A stretch of 64,000 nucleotides of DNA from Candidatus Latescibacterota bacterium (GTDB lineage Bacteria; Latescibacterota; UBA2968; GCA-2709665). A program made the translations under genes and the position numbers. Under the pieces are notes generated by a model that saw only the letters and a program-made list of their open reading frames with translations, had not been told where the DNA came from and did no database searches. Location of the stretch: positions 128,001 through 192,000 of the forward strand of contig CBDDDZ010000004.1 in assembly GCA_965226795.1 (NCBI GenBank), given 5' to 3'. This document shows, piece after piece, positions 1 to 9,799 of this stretch (the first letter of the stretch is position 1; each line of letters opens with the position of its first letter).

Positions 1-1153
1 CGAAGAAATCCAGCATCATATCGAATTCCGCCCCCTGATGACCGGGTCCGGTTCCCGTTACAAGAGGCAGTTCCATCCAGCCATCGCCCGATTCCACGGT
101 ATTCAGGAACCGGTGGGGAAGGTGAACGTATCCGGATCCGGCCTCGTTGCGCCGCTCGCCTTCGTAACATCCCAGCGTGCCGTAAAGGGCGAGATAATTC
201 AGGTGGGGGCGGCGGAATCCGTAGCTCTGCAGCGCTTTGATGATCACCCCGCTCTCGCTCTTCATCAGCGCCACCGCGCTGTCGAAGCCATCGCCGGTTT
301 TCGCGCCAAAGCCCAGCTCCGGGCTGCCTTCGGCGAAGCTCGTGCCGCGCATCCCGAAGGCTTCCACTTCGACAATCTGCTCGTCACCCAGCAGCCAGCG
401 CGACGTGTCGAACGTGGTATGCACCGCCGCGTTCAGCGGTGGCTCGATTCCCCCTACACATCCCCGGTCGGCCGGCATGCCCACCTCGCGCTCACGGTTC
501 ACCCAGAACCGCTTCCGCCATCGGTAGTCGCAGTTGTACTCCGCCTCCACGTACTGGATCTTGCCGAACTCCTCTTCCATGCATAATTGCTTGAGGGACT
601 CGTACCGGTTGTACCACCGCAACTGATTGCCCATCTGCACCTTCAGACCGGTCTGCTCGCTTAAATCGACGATCGCCCTGCATTCCTCCAGTGTAACGGC
701 AACGGGCATTTCCACAAAGACATGCTTGCCTGCCTGCAGCGCCTGGATCGCGTGCTCTCCATGCCTGTCCGTGCCCGTTTCCACGACAACCACCCGGACC
801 TCGTCGTCCCTTAGCATTTCTTCGAAATCCACGTACGACTTCGGGATGTCCTGTTCTTCAGCGACGTATTCCGCCAGGTCCGCGACTTCGTCGCATACCG
901 CCACCGTTCGACTCTGGTCCATCAGGTTGCATAAGCTCGCCATGAACCGGCCTCGTCCCAGGCCGACCACCCCCACGTTCAAGACACCGGCGCCCCTGTC
1001 GGGCCCGGTAACCCGCATGGGCGGTCTCTCCTGGCGGCCCATCCAATCCAGGTATCGCTCCAACTTAACCTGTCTCGCCTTTTCCGAATTCCAGTCTCGA
1101 GACAGGAATCTCTTAAGAAGATCCCGTCTTTTCGCGTCCATTCCGGACTCCAT
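1..1153 (-). CDS. Gfo/Idh/MocA family oxidoreductase (runs off window start)
   Basis: Absent from the ORF track, consistent with no stop inside the window. Manual translation gives MESGMDAK...LNVGVVGLGRGRF...AVCD...HAIQALQAGKHVFVEMP, a Rossmann fold plus the GKHVxxE(K/M)P motif. Confidence 0.85.
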   Translation of the reverse strand, partial: MESGMDAKRRDLLKRFLSRDWNSEKARQVKLERYLDWMGRQERPPMRVTGPDRGAGVLNVGVVGLGRGRFMASLCNLMDQSRTVAVCDEVADLAEYVAEEQDIPKSYVDFEEMLRDDEVRVVVVETGTDRHGEHAIQALQAGKHVFVEMPVAVTLEECRAIVDLSEQTGLKVQMGNQLRWYNRYESLKQLCMEEEFGKIQYVEAEYNCDYRWRKRFWVNREREVGMPADRGCVGGIEPPLNAAVHTTFDTSRWLLGDEQIVEVEAFGMRGTSFAEGSPELGFGAKTGDGFDSAVALMKSESGVIIKALQSYGFRRPHLNYLALYGTLGCYEGERRNEAGSGYVHLPHRFLNTVESGDGWMELPLVTGTGPGHQGAEFDMMLDFF

Positions 1154-1184
1154 TACTCGCGCGGAACCCTATCCGCGCCCCGTT

Positions 1185-2315
1185 TCATCGGGTATTCAGT
1201 AGGGTATGAATTGCCCGCTTGAACACGTGAATCGCACGTTTGGCGGCTCCATGGGGACCCGCCGTAGCGACGTTTGTCTCATAGAATACGCTGGGAATTC
1301 CAAGCCTGCGGGCCATCTGATAGCACAGTGTATTCTCACGATGAACGTTTGCCCTGCCATGCGTGGACATCCCATCGGTCTCCAGGCGCATCGTATCGCA
1401 CAGGGCCTGGTATAGCCGCGCCCGATCGGGATTCTCGAAGACCGGATCGACCACCTCGTACCATCCGTCGTAGGGGTATTCGCCATTGTCTCGCCAGCCC
1501 ACGAAGGCATGGATATTCATCCATAGCGCCGGTCGATCATTGACAAGCCTGTCCCACACCAGGCGACTCTCGTGGGCTTCCGGCGCCACCGCGTCCGGGT
1601 CCTCGCCGAATGCCCGGTACATGTCCAACCCCTCCGCGTTGAACGCGTTTCTGCCCATCACGTTTCCATCGGGATTGACCGCCGGCAAGACCTCAACCTG
1701 TAACCGCTCTCGAAGGGCGACGGCATCCGGCACGAGGGAGGTGATGAAATCGGCGATGCCCAGCATACCCCACGTGCCCGAGAATTCGACCGCGTGCTGA
1801 CCGGCCACGCACAGAATCCTGGGCTTGCCGGGCGCGCCGGTCCGGATGCCGGGGATGTCCCGCCCCTGGACCGACGTACCGATCGTGAACGACTCGCAGC
1901 GGTCCTCGCGTTCGACAGCCAGCTTTCGGAGGCCCTCCACGGTGTCGCTATAGGGCGCCGGCCAGGCGTTCGTTACCCGAATGGTTTGGTTCTCCTTCAG
2001 GTTCAGGCGGACCAACAGGGGTTCCTCGGAATTTTGTACCTGGGCTCGATCGAGCGGCTTGAAGCGACCCTCGCCCCGGGATTCGACCCATACGGTGGTG
2101 GGCAAACCGGCGACGAATCCCTCTGGCCCAAATTCGGAGTCCGGCCACACCTCGACCGTCAGTACCGAAGGAGGCCCGTCATTCCGGACGTCGAAACAAA
2201 AGTAGTAACAGTAGGACGCCTTGTCTCCGATGACTTCGAGCCGAAACCGGTCGATCGCGATCTGTCGGATATGCTTCGCGTTACCGCATTCGAAATCAGC
2301 GGTAATCGATATCAT
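1185..2315 (-). CDS. M14 family zinc carboxypeptidase (cytosolic carboxypeptidase-like)
   Basis: DFECGN N-terminus, AGQHAVE (HxxE), PAVNPDG, NIH zinc ligand. Confidence 0.8.
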   Translation of the reverse strand: MISITADFECGNAKHIRQIAIDRFRLEVIGDKASYCYYFCFDVRNDGPPSVLTVEVWPDSEFGPEGFVAGLPTTVWVESRGEGRFKPLDRAQVQNSEEPLLVRLNLKENQTIRVTNAWPAPYSDTVEGLRKLAVEREDRCESFTIGTSVQGRDIPGIRTGAPGKPRILCVAGQHAVEFSGTWGMLGIADFITSLVPDAVALRERLQVEVLPAVNPDGNVMGRNAFNAEGLDMYRAFGEDPDAVAPEAHESRLVWDRLVNDRPALWMNIHAFVGWRDNGEYPYDGWYEVVDPVFENPDRARLYQALCDTMRLETDGMSTHGRANVHRENTLCYQMARRLGIPSVFYETNVATAGPHGAAKRAIHVFKRAIHTLLNTR

Positions 2316-2369
2316 CGCAATCCTCCCCGGTACACGCCTGGACGGGACACTCGTTCATCGTTGAGATTA

Positions 2370-3515
2370 TCAATAGTAACCGGTCTCCAATGGCGGCCGG
2401 GCGTACGCCACCTCGATTCGACACGGAACCCCAGTACGGCTCATCGAATTCACGCCCCGGCAGGCCAGCGACTGAACCCCCTCCCGCATCGGCCAGTCGA
2501 AATGCGCCTCGCACCGTTGCCAGACCCCGTCATCGATGCGAATTTCATAGTGGTCGAAAAACGGCATACAGTGTGACAGCGTTACCGCCAGCCTGGGCAC
2601 GCCTGTGTTCCACACCGGCTGCGTGGACACGCGTACCAGATTCACGGTCCAGTACACGTCCGACAGGTTGGAGGTCCACTGAACACGGCCAACGGGTCTG
2701 AAATTACTCACGAATGTCGGCAGGCACCTGCGGTCCACCCATTCCCAGGTCAGGCGATCCGTCATTACCCGGATCCGGGCATAATAGTCCATGACCCTGT
2801 TTCGCATGAACCTGGCGAACAACTGGCGGTTGACCTCCTCGTCATAATCTCTCCGGCAGGTGGGATCGCGGAGTGCGAGCCGGACATGCCTGGCGTCGGG
2901 AACGAGGAATTCCGGCTGATCCTGCACCATTTCAACCGCATCCGCGGCACCGCTCAGCCACGCCTCCCGGATTTCCAGCGCGTTCAGGGGCGCACCTTCT
3001 CGTTCGTAGTGGACGTTGATGTCCGGATCCATCATCACCCACTTCCGGTGTTCATTGGACCAGACCTCGGCAACCGCGTGTCCCACGTTCCATATATTAT
3101 AGTCCCTGGGCGACTCGCAGTCCTCGATAGCGATCGCCACCCTCCGTGCAGGCCAGCCCAGCGCGGTTGCCGAATCCACGAAGACCCGGGCGTAGGAACC
3201 GCAGAAGAACCGTTCCCCTCTGCTCACGGCTTCCAGAATTCCCAGGCCGTCGTCAACCTCCGGGGCGTTGTACCATAGCCCGTGATTCCACTGGCCGCGG
3301 ACCCAGCGCTTCAGGGCCAGAAACCCCTGAAACTCGGTCTTGCAGCCCGCCACGACGTCCTCCAGCCCGTACGCTTCTCTGAGGCGCGCAATTCTCGGAG
3401 CATGCGGGTCGCCGTAATCGAGACACGTATAATCGCCGGTGAAGTCCCGGACCTCATACCCGACGACCCGAAACTCACCGGGACAACTCTGGCTCATGGC
3501 GTCCTCGCGAATCAA
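2370..3515 (-). CDS. Transglutaminase-like domain protein
   Basis: Cys-His-Asp triad motifs FFCGSYA, GHAVAEVW, WVMMDP. Confidence 0.75.
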   Translation of the reverse strand: MIREDAMSQSCPGEFRVVGYEVRDFTGDYTCLDYGDPHAPRIARLREAYGLEDVVAGCKTEFQGFLALKRWVRGQWNHGLWYNAPEVDDGLGILEAVSRGERFFCGSYARVFVDSATALGWPARRVAIAIEDCESPRDYNIWNVGHAVAEVWSNEHRKWVMMDPDINVHYEREGAPLNALEIREAWLSGAADAVEMVQDQPEFLVPDARHVRLALRDPTCRRDYDEEVNRQLFARFMRNRVMDYYARIRVMTDRLTWEWVDRRCLPTFVSNFRPVGRVQWTSNLSDVYWTVNLVRVSTQPVWNTGVPRLAVTLSHCMPFFDHYEIRIDDGVWQRCEAHFDWPMREGVQSLACRGVNSMSRTGVPCRIEVAYARPPLETGYY

Positions 3516-3627
3516 TCATCTCCACCCTCGCACATTGGCTGGTCGAGCCGTAGAGCAAGCGGGTGTGAATTTACCTTTTCAAGCTTTGGTTCGAGGTATC
3601 TCCTGCAGCTTGATTCCATCCCGCGAT

Positions 3628-4542
3628 TTACGCGGCCCGCACGGGCTTCCCGAGCGCCTCGGCCATCGCACGGATGTGAGACGGACCGGTACCGCAGCAG
3701 CACCCGACGTAGTTGATCCCTTCGGCCTTGGCCTTCAGCGCAAACGCCGCCATATCGTCCGGTGTGACACCCTCGCGATACCTTGAGACACTGTAGCCGA
3801 CGTTTTCCGTATCCACCTTTTGTCTGAATCCCTTTGGCTGGCAGGCGACAGGCACATCCACCGCTTCCCGCATCTCGAGCGCAGTAGGCAACATCTGGTC
3901 CGGATCTCCGATGCAGACGGTCCCGACGACGTCGGCTCCTTCGTCCGCGAGGATGCGGGCGCATTCCCCGGCGGTTGCGCCGTCCTGTGTCCGCTTTTCG
4001 CTTCCGATCCCCATCAGCGCCATTGTCGGCAGGCCGGACTTCCTGCAGCTTTCCACGCACAGTCGCATCTCGTCCAACCGGAAAAACGTCTCTGGAATCA
4101 GGAAGTCCGCGCCAGCGTCGACCAGAATTGCAATCTGCTCTTCCCACTCGGACTGTGCGCGTGAACGCGACGAGGGATCCACCGGATCGTAAACCTGATC
4201 TCCCTGCCGTGAGCCGGTCATCGTGGATACAAGACAGCCGCCAACCGGCGCCTCCCAGCCGGACGCCTCCTTTGCCACCCGAATACCGGTCCTGTTGATC
4301 TCGTCCACGCGGCGTCCCCATCCGTATTTTGCCTCCAGTTGAGCGCCCGAGGTAAACCACGTCAGCGCCTGAAGCACCTGCGAACCCGAATCGTAGAAAT
4401 CCCGGTGGATCTGCTTCAGCGCCTCCGGGTGGGAACCGATGATTCCGGGCACTTCGTAGCCTCGCCAGTTTGCCTCCAGGTACATCCCCCCGTCACCCAG
4501 AACAATCCCCTCGTTAAACAAATCCATAAGACTTCCGGCCAT
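3628..4542 (-). CDS. Homocysteine S-methyltransferase family protein (BHMT-like)
   Basis: VLGDGGM, PETF, VGTVC and GCCCG Zn-binding cysteines, PSHIRAMAE. Confidence 0.85.
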   Translation of the reverse strand: MAGSLMDLFNEGIVLGDGGMYLEANWRGYEVPGIIGSHPEALKQIHRDFYDSGSQVLQALTWFTSGAQLEAKYGWGRRVDEINRTGIRVAKEASGWEAPVGGCLVSTMTGSRQGDQVYDPVDPSSRSRAQSEWEEQIAILVDAGADFLIPETFFRLDEMRLCVESCRKSGLPTMALMGIGSEKRTQDGATAGECARILADEGADVVGTVCIGDPDQMLPTALEMREAVDVPVACQPKGFRQKVDTENVGYSVSRYREGVTPDDMAAFALKAKAEGINYVGCCCGTGPSHIRAMAEALGKPVRAA

Positions 4543-4572
4543 ATGGCGTTGCTCCTTTCTTAAGTCCCGCCG

Positions 4573-5508
4573 CTATCGAAGCTGATAGGGCCCGGGCTGA
4601 TCCGGCATTGCCGTCGGTTTTCCGATCGCCTCGGCCATTGCTCGAATGTGGTACGGCAGGGCCCCGCAGCAGGCCCCGATGAAATCGACGCCCATATCCC
4701 AGGCGTCCCGCGCGTAGTCGGCCATCTCACGCCGGGGTTGGTGCCGGAGTTCGAAATGAACGCTTGAGCCCGAGGCGATCTCCCGCGTATACTCCGCGCC
4801 GTTTTCCAGCACGTACGCCAGGGGTTGAGCGCATATGGGCACGGACACCGCACCCATCATCTTGCGAAGAATATCCCGGTACATGTACCACGGCCGTCCG
4901 CAATTCACGCCCACCACGTCGGCGCCATGATCCACGAGCCGTTTCACGGCCTCGTCCGGCGGATACCGGTCGGCGGTATACTCGCCCGATTTGTACTCAA
5001 GTGTCACCACGGCGGGCACACCGGCGCTCTTTATGTAGGGCAGCCCCAGCGAAGCCTCCTCTACGGAATAAAACGTCTCTACGATGAACAGGTCCACACC
5101 CGCCGCGATCTGCTGTCCCACCCGCCGCTCGAAAAACGCCTGCGCCTCGCGCCTTTCCTTAGCGGTAATCGGTGATCGCCTCTGGTACTTTCCGATGCCG
5201 AAGGGGCTGAGCGTACCCGCCACAAACCGATTCGGGCCGGCAGCCTGCCTCGCAAGCTCGACGGCCGTACGGTGGAGTTCCTCATCCCGATCCAACTTGC
5301 CCACGCCCCAGGCCATGGCCTGCAGCACTTCGGCGCCGGCAAGCGCGAATTCCCTGTGCAATTCGAGCAGACCCTCGGGGTGATCCAGTACGGCCCAGGG
5401 GACGCCTTTGGCGAAACTGCCCAGACATCGCCGTTCAAGCTCCAGGTAGTAGCCACCGTCGCCAAGCACCGGCCCGTCCTTCAGGCGATCCAGAAAACCT
5501 GATGCCAT
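4573..5508 (-). CDS. Homocysteine S-methyltransferase family protein (paralogue)
   Basis: VLGDGGY, HREFALAGAEV, VETF, VGVNC, GACCG, PYHIRAMAE. Confidence 0.85.
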   Translation of the reverse strand: MASGFLDRLKDGPVLGDGGYYLELERRCLGSFAKGVPWAVLDHPEGLLELHREFALAGAEVLQAMAWGVGKLDRDEELHRTAVELARQAAGPNRFVAGTLSPFGIGKYQRRSPITAKERREAQAFFERRVGQQIAAGVDLFIVETFYSVEEASLGLPYIKSAGVPAVVTLEYKSGEYTADRYPPDEAVKRLVDHGADVVGVNCGRPWYMYRDILRKMMGAVSVPICAQPLAYVLENGAEYTREIASGSSVHFELRHQPRREMADYARDAWDMGVDFIGACCGALPYHIRAMAEAIGKPTAMPDQPGPYQLR

Positions 5509-5613
5509 TGTAACGCCTCCTGTTGGGGGTTTTTATTTCCGCATCCTGAAAGTTATGGGCGCTATTGGTCCGAACTCCGCCTCCGCTTCCACGCGGGCAT
5601 ACCCAGTGCGAGT

Positions 5614-6831
5614 TCATTCTGGTAATGCACCGGCCTTCCGCTTCTCCGAAGGTCTGAAATCCGGAACGTCCAGACACGCGCTTCCCTGCTCCACAGACTG
5701 AACGGCCACAATGGCCGGCGCCGTTAATTCCGCCGACCGGTATACGTTCAGGGGTGGATCCGAATCATTCAGGATCGCGTCCAGAAAAGACGACAACGCA
5801 AAATAGTCCATATTTCCATGCCCGCTTCCCCGGGCCTCCTCGGGAAGCTCGTCCGGGGAATACTGCCATTCCATCGCCCGCATATCCTCTTCTCCGGAAC
5901 TCTCCAGCCACATCTTCGGCGTATCCACGCCCCGAGATCCGCCGTAGATCTCCGCGGATCGGGCGGTCTCCACCTTCCCTGTGGTCCCCTCCAGGTGCCA
6001 CCAGTGATGATCCCGGGGCGTTGTCGCATACGTAAAACCGGCCGCCATCCGGATAATCGTATCCTTTTCCGTGTGCATCAACGCCACCTGGATATCCGAC
6101 GCGGGAATTCCCTCGTAATAGTAGCTGTGGGGCCGCGTCCCCATGCATGTCACCCGCGTCACCCGGTCCTCCAGAACCGTCAGGATGGGGCCCAGGTCGG
6201 TTGCCATGTAGAGAATCGGGTGGGGATACCAGTTCCACATTCTGCTCTTGACCGCCCTCGGATGAGTCGCCGCTTCGTCCAGCGGGATCCGCTCGCCCGT
6301 CTCGGAATCCACCCAGAACCGGTCCGGCGTCATCCCGTGAAGATACTGTCCCTCGGCAAAGATGACATGACCGAGTTCGCCTTGCTTCACCAGTTTCCGC
6401 CAGGCTTTCACAAACGCATGGTACATCACCTGCTCGGCCATCTGGAACTTCAGCCCGCTGCGCTCCACCGCCACCACGACCCGCCACAAATCCTCCATAT
6501 TGTACGTCAGCGACACCTCGCACGTCGCATGTTTTCCCGCCTCCATCGCCTGGCAGATCAGATCCGGCTGATCGTGCGGCGCGGTCACGATGGCCACCGC
6601 GTCGATGTCCGCCTTCGCCAGCATCTCTTCATAGTCCGTGTAGCACGCGATGTCCGGATCGCCGGCCTCTCGATACGCCTGCCCCACCAGGGCCTCGACT
6701 TTGTCGCAGAGGGCCGTCACACGGCACGTCTTTATGCGCAGCAGGTTCTTCATCCACGATAGCCTCCCACGCGGCCCCAGCCCCACAATTCCGATCCGTA
6801 CCTGTTTCTGTTTGGGCATAAAATGCCTCAT
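5614..6831 (-). CDS. Gfo/Idh/MocA family oxidoreductase
   Basis: RIGIVGLGPRG, ALCD, AMEAGKHATCEV, GHG motif near the C-terminus. Confidence 0.85.
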   Translation of the reverse strand: MRHFMPKQKQVRIGIVGLGPRGRLSWMKNLLRIKTCRVTALCDKVEALVGQAYREAGDPDIACYTDYEEMLAKADIDAVAIVTAPHDQPDLICQAMEAGKHATCEVSLTYNMEDLWRVVVAVERSGLKFQMAEQVMYHAFVKAWRKLVKQGELGHVIFAEGQYLHGMTPDRFWVDSETGERIPLDEAATHPRAVKSRMWNWYPHPILYMATDLGPILTVLEDRVTRVTCMGTRPHSYYYEGIPASDIQVALMHTEKDTIIRMAAGFTYATTPRDHHWWHLEGTTGKVETARSAEIYGGSRGVDTPKMWLESSGEEDMRAMEWQYSPDELPEEARGSGHGNMDYFALSSFLDAILNDSDPPLNVYRSAELTAPAIVAVQSVEQGSACLDVPDFRPSEKRKAGALPE

Positions 6832-6946
6832 TCCCGTTTCATTGCCCTTTTTGCTTACCTCTCCCGTCCTGCCTTTAACGACTCTTTGGAACTACGTTCA
6901 GTGTAGAAACAGGCGTTTCCTATCCCCTCACTTTTTTTTCTTCTTC

Positions 6947-7114
6947 GTCCTTTTTCTTATTCGCGTAAGGAAAAGGACCAAAAAGAACCGCGCCGCTCGG
7001 CGCGGAGCCGGTTTTTCCACGAATCTCACCGGTGGCATAGACGAGCGATTGTGGCCTGCGTACTCAAGAGATCAAAAAATCATTCTGTGGTGAACGGAAA
7101 AGCGTGGAAAAACC
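6947..7114. repeat. Intergenic multi-hairpin element
   Basis: Inverted repeats at 6947-6959/6966-6978 and 6988-7005, plus a perfect 12-bp pair GGTTTTTCCACG/CGTGGAAAAACC at 7010-7021/7103-7114. Confidence 0.5.
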
Positions 7115-7273
7115 CCCCAAGCCACCACCGATCGGGCGGGAGGCGGACCGGGAAGGACCGTCGCGGGGCTCGCGGTCTGCCCGCAAACCGACGTCGGCCG
7201 TGTGCTTCTTTCCGGGTCACCCGATCCCCGGTTCCCCGCCGGAAGAAGCCGCAAGAGAAACGGCAGCCGGATG

Positions 7274-7501
7274 TCAGGCTGCCAGGTAGTCATCCTGCCT
7301 GGAGGAGACATCCGGCTCGGGATCTTTACTTGCCCCGACGAACTGCATGAGTCCACGCCTCTCCGGTACCTTTCGGGGATGGATGCTCATTTGGTGCGCA
7401 GGCTTCTCAGCCTTTTCCGCGCACCAGCGTTGAAGCCCTTCAATTACGGTTTCCCTCGACGGCCAGCGCTTGACGGACGAAATGGACGATGTCACCGGCA
7501 A
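7274..7501 (-). pseudogene. Truncated MNT (nucleotidyltransferase antitoxin) N-terminus fused to an antitoxin-like C-terminal scrap
   Basis: LPVTSSISSVKRWPSRETVIEGLQRW overlaps the HEPN 3' end as in HEPN-MNT pairs. The GS...DxD catalytic core is absent, and the tail DVSSRQDDYLAA resembles VapB-type antitoxin ends. Confidence 0.5.
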
Positions 7502-7841
7502 AACGTAGTCCCTGTTCGCTCTGCAGCGGCCCGTAATGTTCGTAGGCCGCGCCTTCCGGATGCCCGTTAGGACAGCGTGTCGGAACGTAGTAGTTGTCGA
7601 GCACTCGCCCTTTTTCGACCAGGTGCTCCGAAGGGGCATCCGGAAGCTCCAAGAGCAGGCGCGCAACAACGTGGCCCCTCAATCGCTTTCCCCTGGCGAC
7701 GTGGAGCGCCTTCACTGCCTTTTCAGAAGCCTGGTGCGCGGCGAAACAAGCCCAGCCATGACGGCCTCCAATCTCAGATGCGGCGGCCTGCTGCAAATCG
7801 TGCTCCGCTTGCGCCAGCCAATCTTTCCATCGCTGTGCCAT
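7440..7841 (-). CDS. HEPN domain protein (HEPN-MNT toxin type)
   Basis: WLAQAEHDL...WACFAAHQASEKAVKAL...RGHVVARLL...YVPTRCPNGH. Confidence 0.85.
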   Translation of the reverse strand: MAQRWKDWLAQAEHDLQQAAASEIGGRHGWACFAAHQASEKAVKALHVARGKRLRGHVVARLLLELPDAPSEHLVEKGRVLDNYYVPTRCPNGHPEGAAYEHYGPLQSEQGLRFAGDIVHFVRQALAVEGNRN

Positions 7842-8444
7842 CTTGTTACTCCTACCCTGTCCAAATCCCGACGTCGTTTCCTCGAAATCCTCAGTTCATT
7901 TCGTACTGAATTCCGCCACTGCGATCAACTCATGTCGAGCAAGAATTAAAATATCCCTAATCGACGACTTAAGCAAGAGGAAATGGCGTCGTGGCCGCCG
8001 TCTGTTAATAAGGGAAGGCGGCGCTCCCATGTTCGCTGGCGCGGGACCCCGTACGGGGAAAGATAAAGCATTGACAACGGGTCAAGGCGTCACAAGGAAC
8101 AGTCCGGCACAAGCAATTACTATTGACGTGGTAGTAAGTGAATTCCTCACAGAACCAGGCATCCGCGTATTGATATCGCCAGGCCGTATCGTCGACCAGG
8201 TTTGGCTGACTGCTGACCACTGATTGCTCTATCTCAGTGGGCCGGGGGGAGAGGTCCCGGGATCGAGGGCATCTTGCCCTCGTTGCGCCACTTCCGGTCC
8301 TGCCGCGTCATGGCGCTGACGTCAACTGATTGGGTTTTTGATTCAAGCTGAGAGCTGACAGCTTCTTTTGCTGCTTCTCCGGACAACAGAGGACGCGTGG
8401 TTTTGGCGTCCGACGTTGATGGTGAGCGGCGCGTCTCACGCCGC

Positions 8445-8616
8445 GAACAAAAGGCACGCGACAAGATCGACGCGATGTTGAATCTTGCCGGCTGGAAGGT
8501 ACAGTCAAAAAACAAGCTTGTCGATAGCAAGGGCGGGTTGGGGCAGATGTGCAAGTTATTTGGTGACCGGTATGGATTACGTAATTGACGAATTGAATGA
8601 GGCGTTGGCGGCGTAA
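8445..8616 (+). pseudogene. Miniature internally deleted hsdR relic (N-terminus joined to C-terminus)
   Basis: 8445-8519 aligns to hsdR 9824-9898 (EQKARDKID..LN.AGW.VQS.NK). 8521-8616 aligns to hsdR 12471-12565 including the stop codon, with one frameshift. Confidence 0.85.
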
Positions 8617-8727
8617 GTCTGCCTCTCTGCTCAGGTTCTTTACATTCTGATAATTTTCTTTGTATTTTTCAGTAAGTAAAGTAATTCGTATGAAATTCTG
8701 ACGTGATCTACATCATTGGAGAAGATC

Positions 8728-8964
8728 GTGCCCAAAGTCAGTGCCAAGCGACAGATAACGCTTCCGGCTGATCAGTGCCGTTTGGCCGGCATCAAGCCAG
8801 GCGACGAGTGCCGGAGTTTCGTGGCCGATGGCCGCATCACCATAGTCCGCCAGCAGCCCGGCAGCGCCTGGGGATGCCTGGCGTATCTTGAAGGAGATCC
8901 AACGGTTTCAGACGAGGAGTCGCGGCAGGACGCCATGGAAAGAAAGCGAGACCAAACGCCTTGA
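8728..8964 (+). CDS. AbrB/MazE/SpoVT family antitoxin (VapB-like)
   Basis: KVSAKRQITLP motif; overlaps the PIN gene by 4 nt. Confidence 0.85.
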   Translation: MPKVSAKRQITLPADQCRLAGIKPGDECRSFVADGRITIVRQQPGSAWGCLAYLEGDPTVSDEESRQDAMERKRDQTP

Positions 8965-9362
8965 TCGCAATCGACACCAATGTCCTGCTGCGCTATCTCT
9001 TGAGAGACGACGAAGCGCAGGCTGAACGGGCGCGTTGCATTATTGAATGCGGTGAGCGCGTTCTCATTACGGATGTGGTACTGGCGGAAACGACGTGGAC
9101 TTTAGCTGGCCGCCGGTATCGCGCGACCCGGGCCGACCTGATCGATTTGGTCAATATCCTGCTACAAGATTCCAACGTGCACTTCGAGGATGATGAGGTG
9201 GTCTGGAGCGCCTTGCAGGCATTTCGCAGGACGGAGGCGGACTTCGGCGACGCCCTGATCGTATGCAAGGCCAGAAAGACGGCAGCCGACGGAGACGAGT
9301 CGAGCGCTTTTTACACCTTCGATAACGCCGCCTTGCAGTTGCCTGACACCGCAGAGCCGTAG
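8961..9362 (+). CDS. vapC: PIN domain toxin (VapC-like)
   Basis: IAIDTNVLLR, VLAET, ADFGDALI, YTFD acidic tetrad. Confidence 0.9.
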   Translation: MIAIDTNVLLRYLLRDDEAQAERARCIIECGERVLITDVVLAETTWTLAGRRYRATRADLIDLVNILLQDSNVHFEDDEVVWSALQAFRRTEADFGDALIVCKARKTAADGDESSAFYTFDNAALQLPDTAEP

Positions 9363-9799
9363 CGCGTCCGGGAAGGCGATAAGGAAGAAGGAGAAAGGAA
9401 GAAGTGGCGGATCTTCGGATTCGGACGTAGGAGTTTGCACTGCGGATCATTCGCCTTTATTCGGGTCTTCCCAAGCGGACCGAGGCTCAAGTAATAGGCA
9501 GGCATTCGCAAACAGCTTGAATGCGGGCGAAAGAGGTTGCGTTGATTTTGTTTAAATTTCTGCTTTCTTCCTTCAGATGACGGCTGAGTGTTGCTCTTGC
9601 TGCCAGACAAATGACCCCGATGAACGATCTCATCGGGGTTTTTCTGTGTCGCACAACGCGCCGAATTCGTCGCAAAATGCGTCACTTTCTGCTTGGGCCG
9701 CATTGACCAACAATGAAGATTTTCGTATATTGCGTGCTCTATAGGATAACATATATAGTTCGATCGAATTGGGCGAGTTTACGAAATAGGACGTTCGCA

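Noticed and set aside
8005..8223. FAGAGPRTGK resembling a UvrD Walker A remnant
   Set aside because: The match is too short and no downstream helicase motifs follow.
9363..9790. ORFs between vapC and hsdR
   Set aside because: No recognisable motifs or consistent RBS; probably intergenic or decayed sequence.
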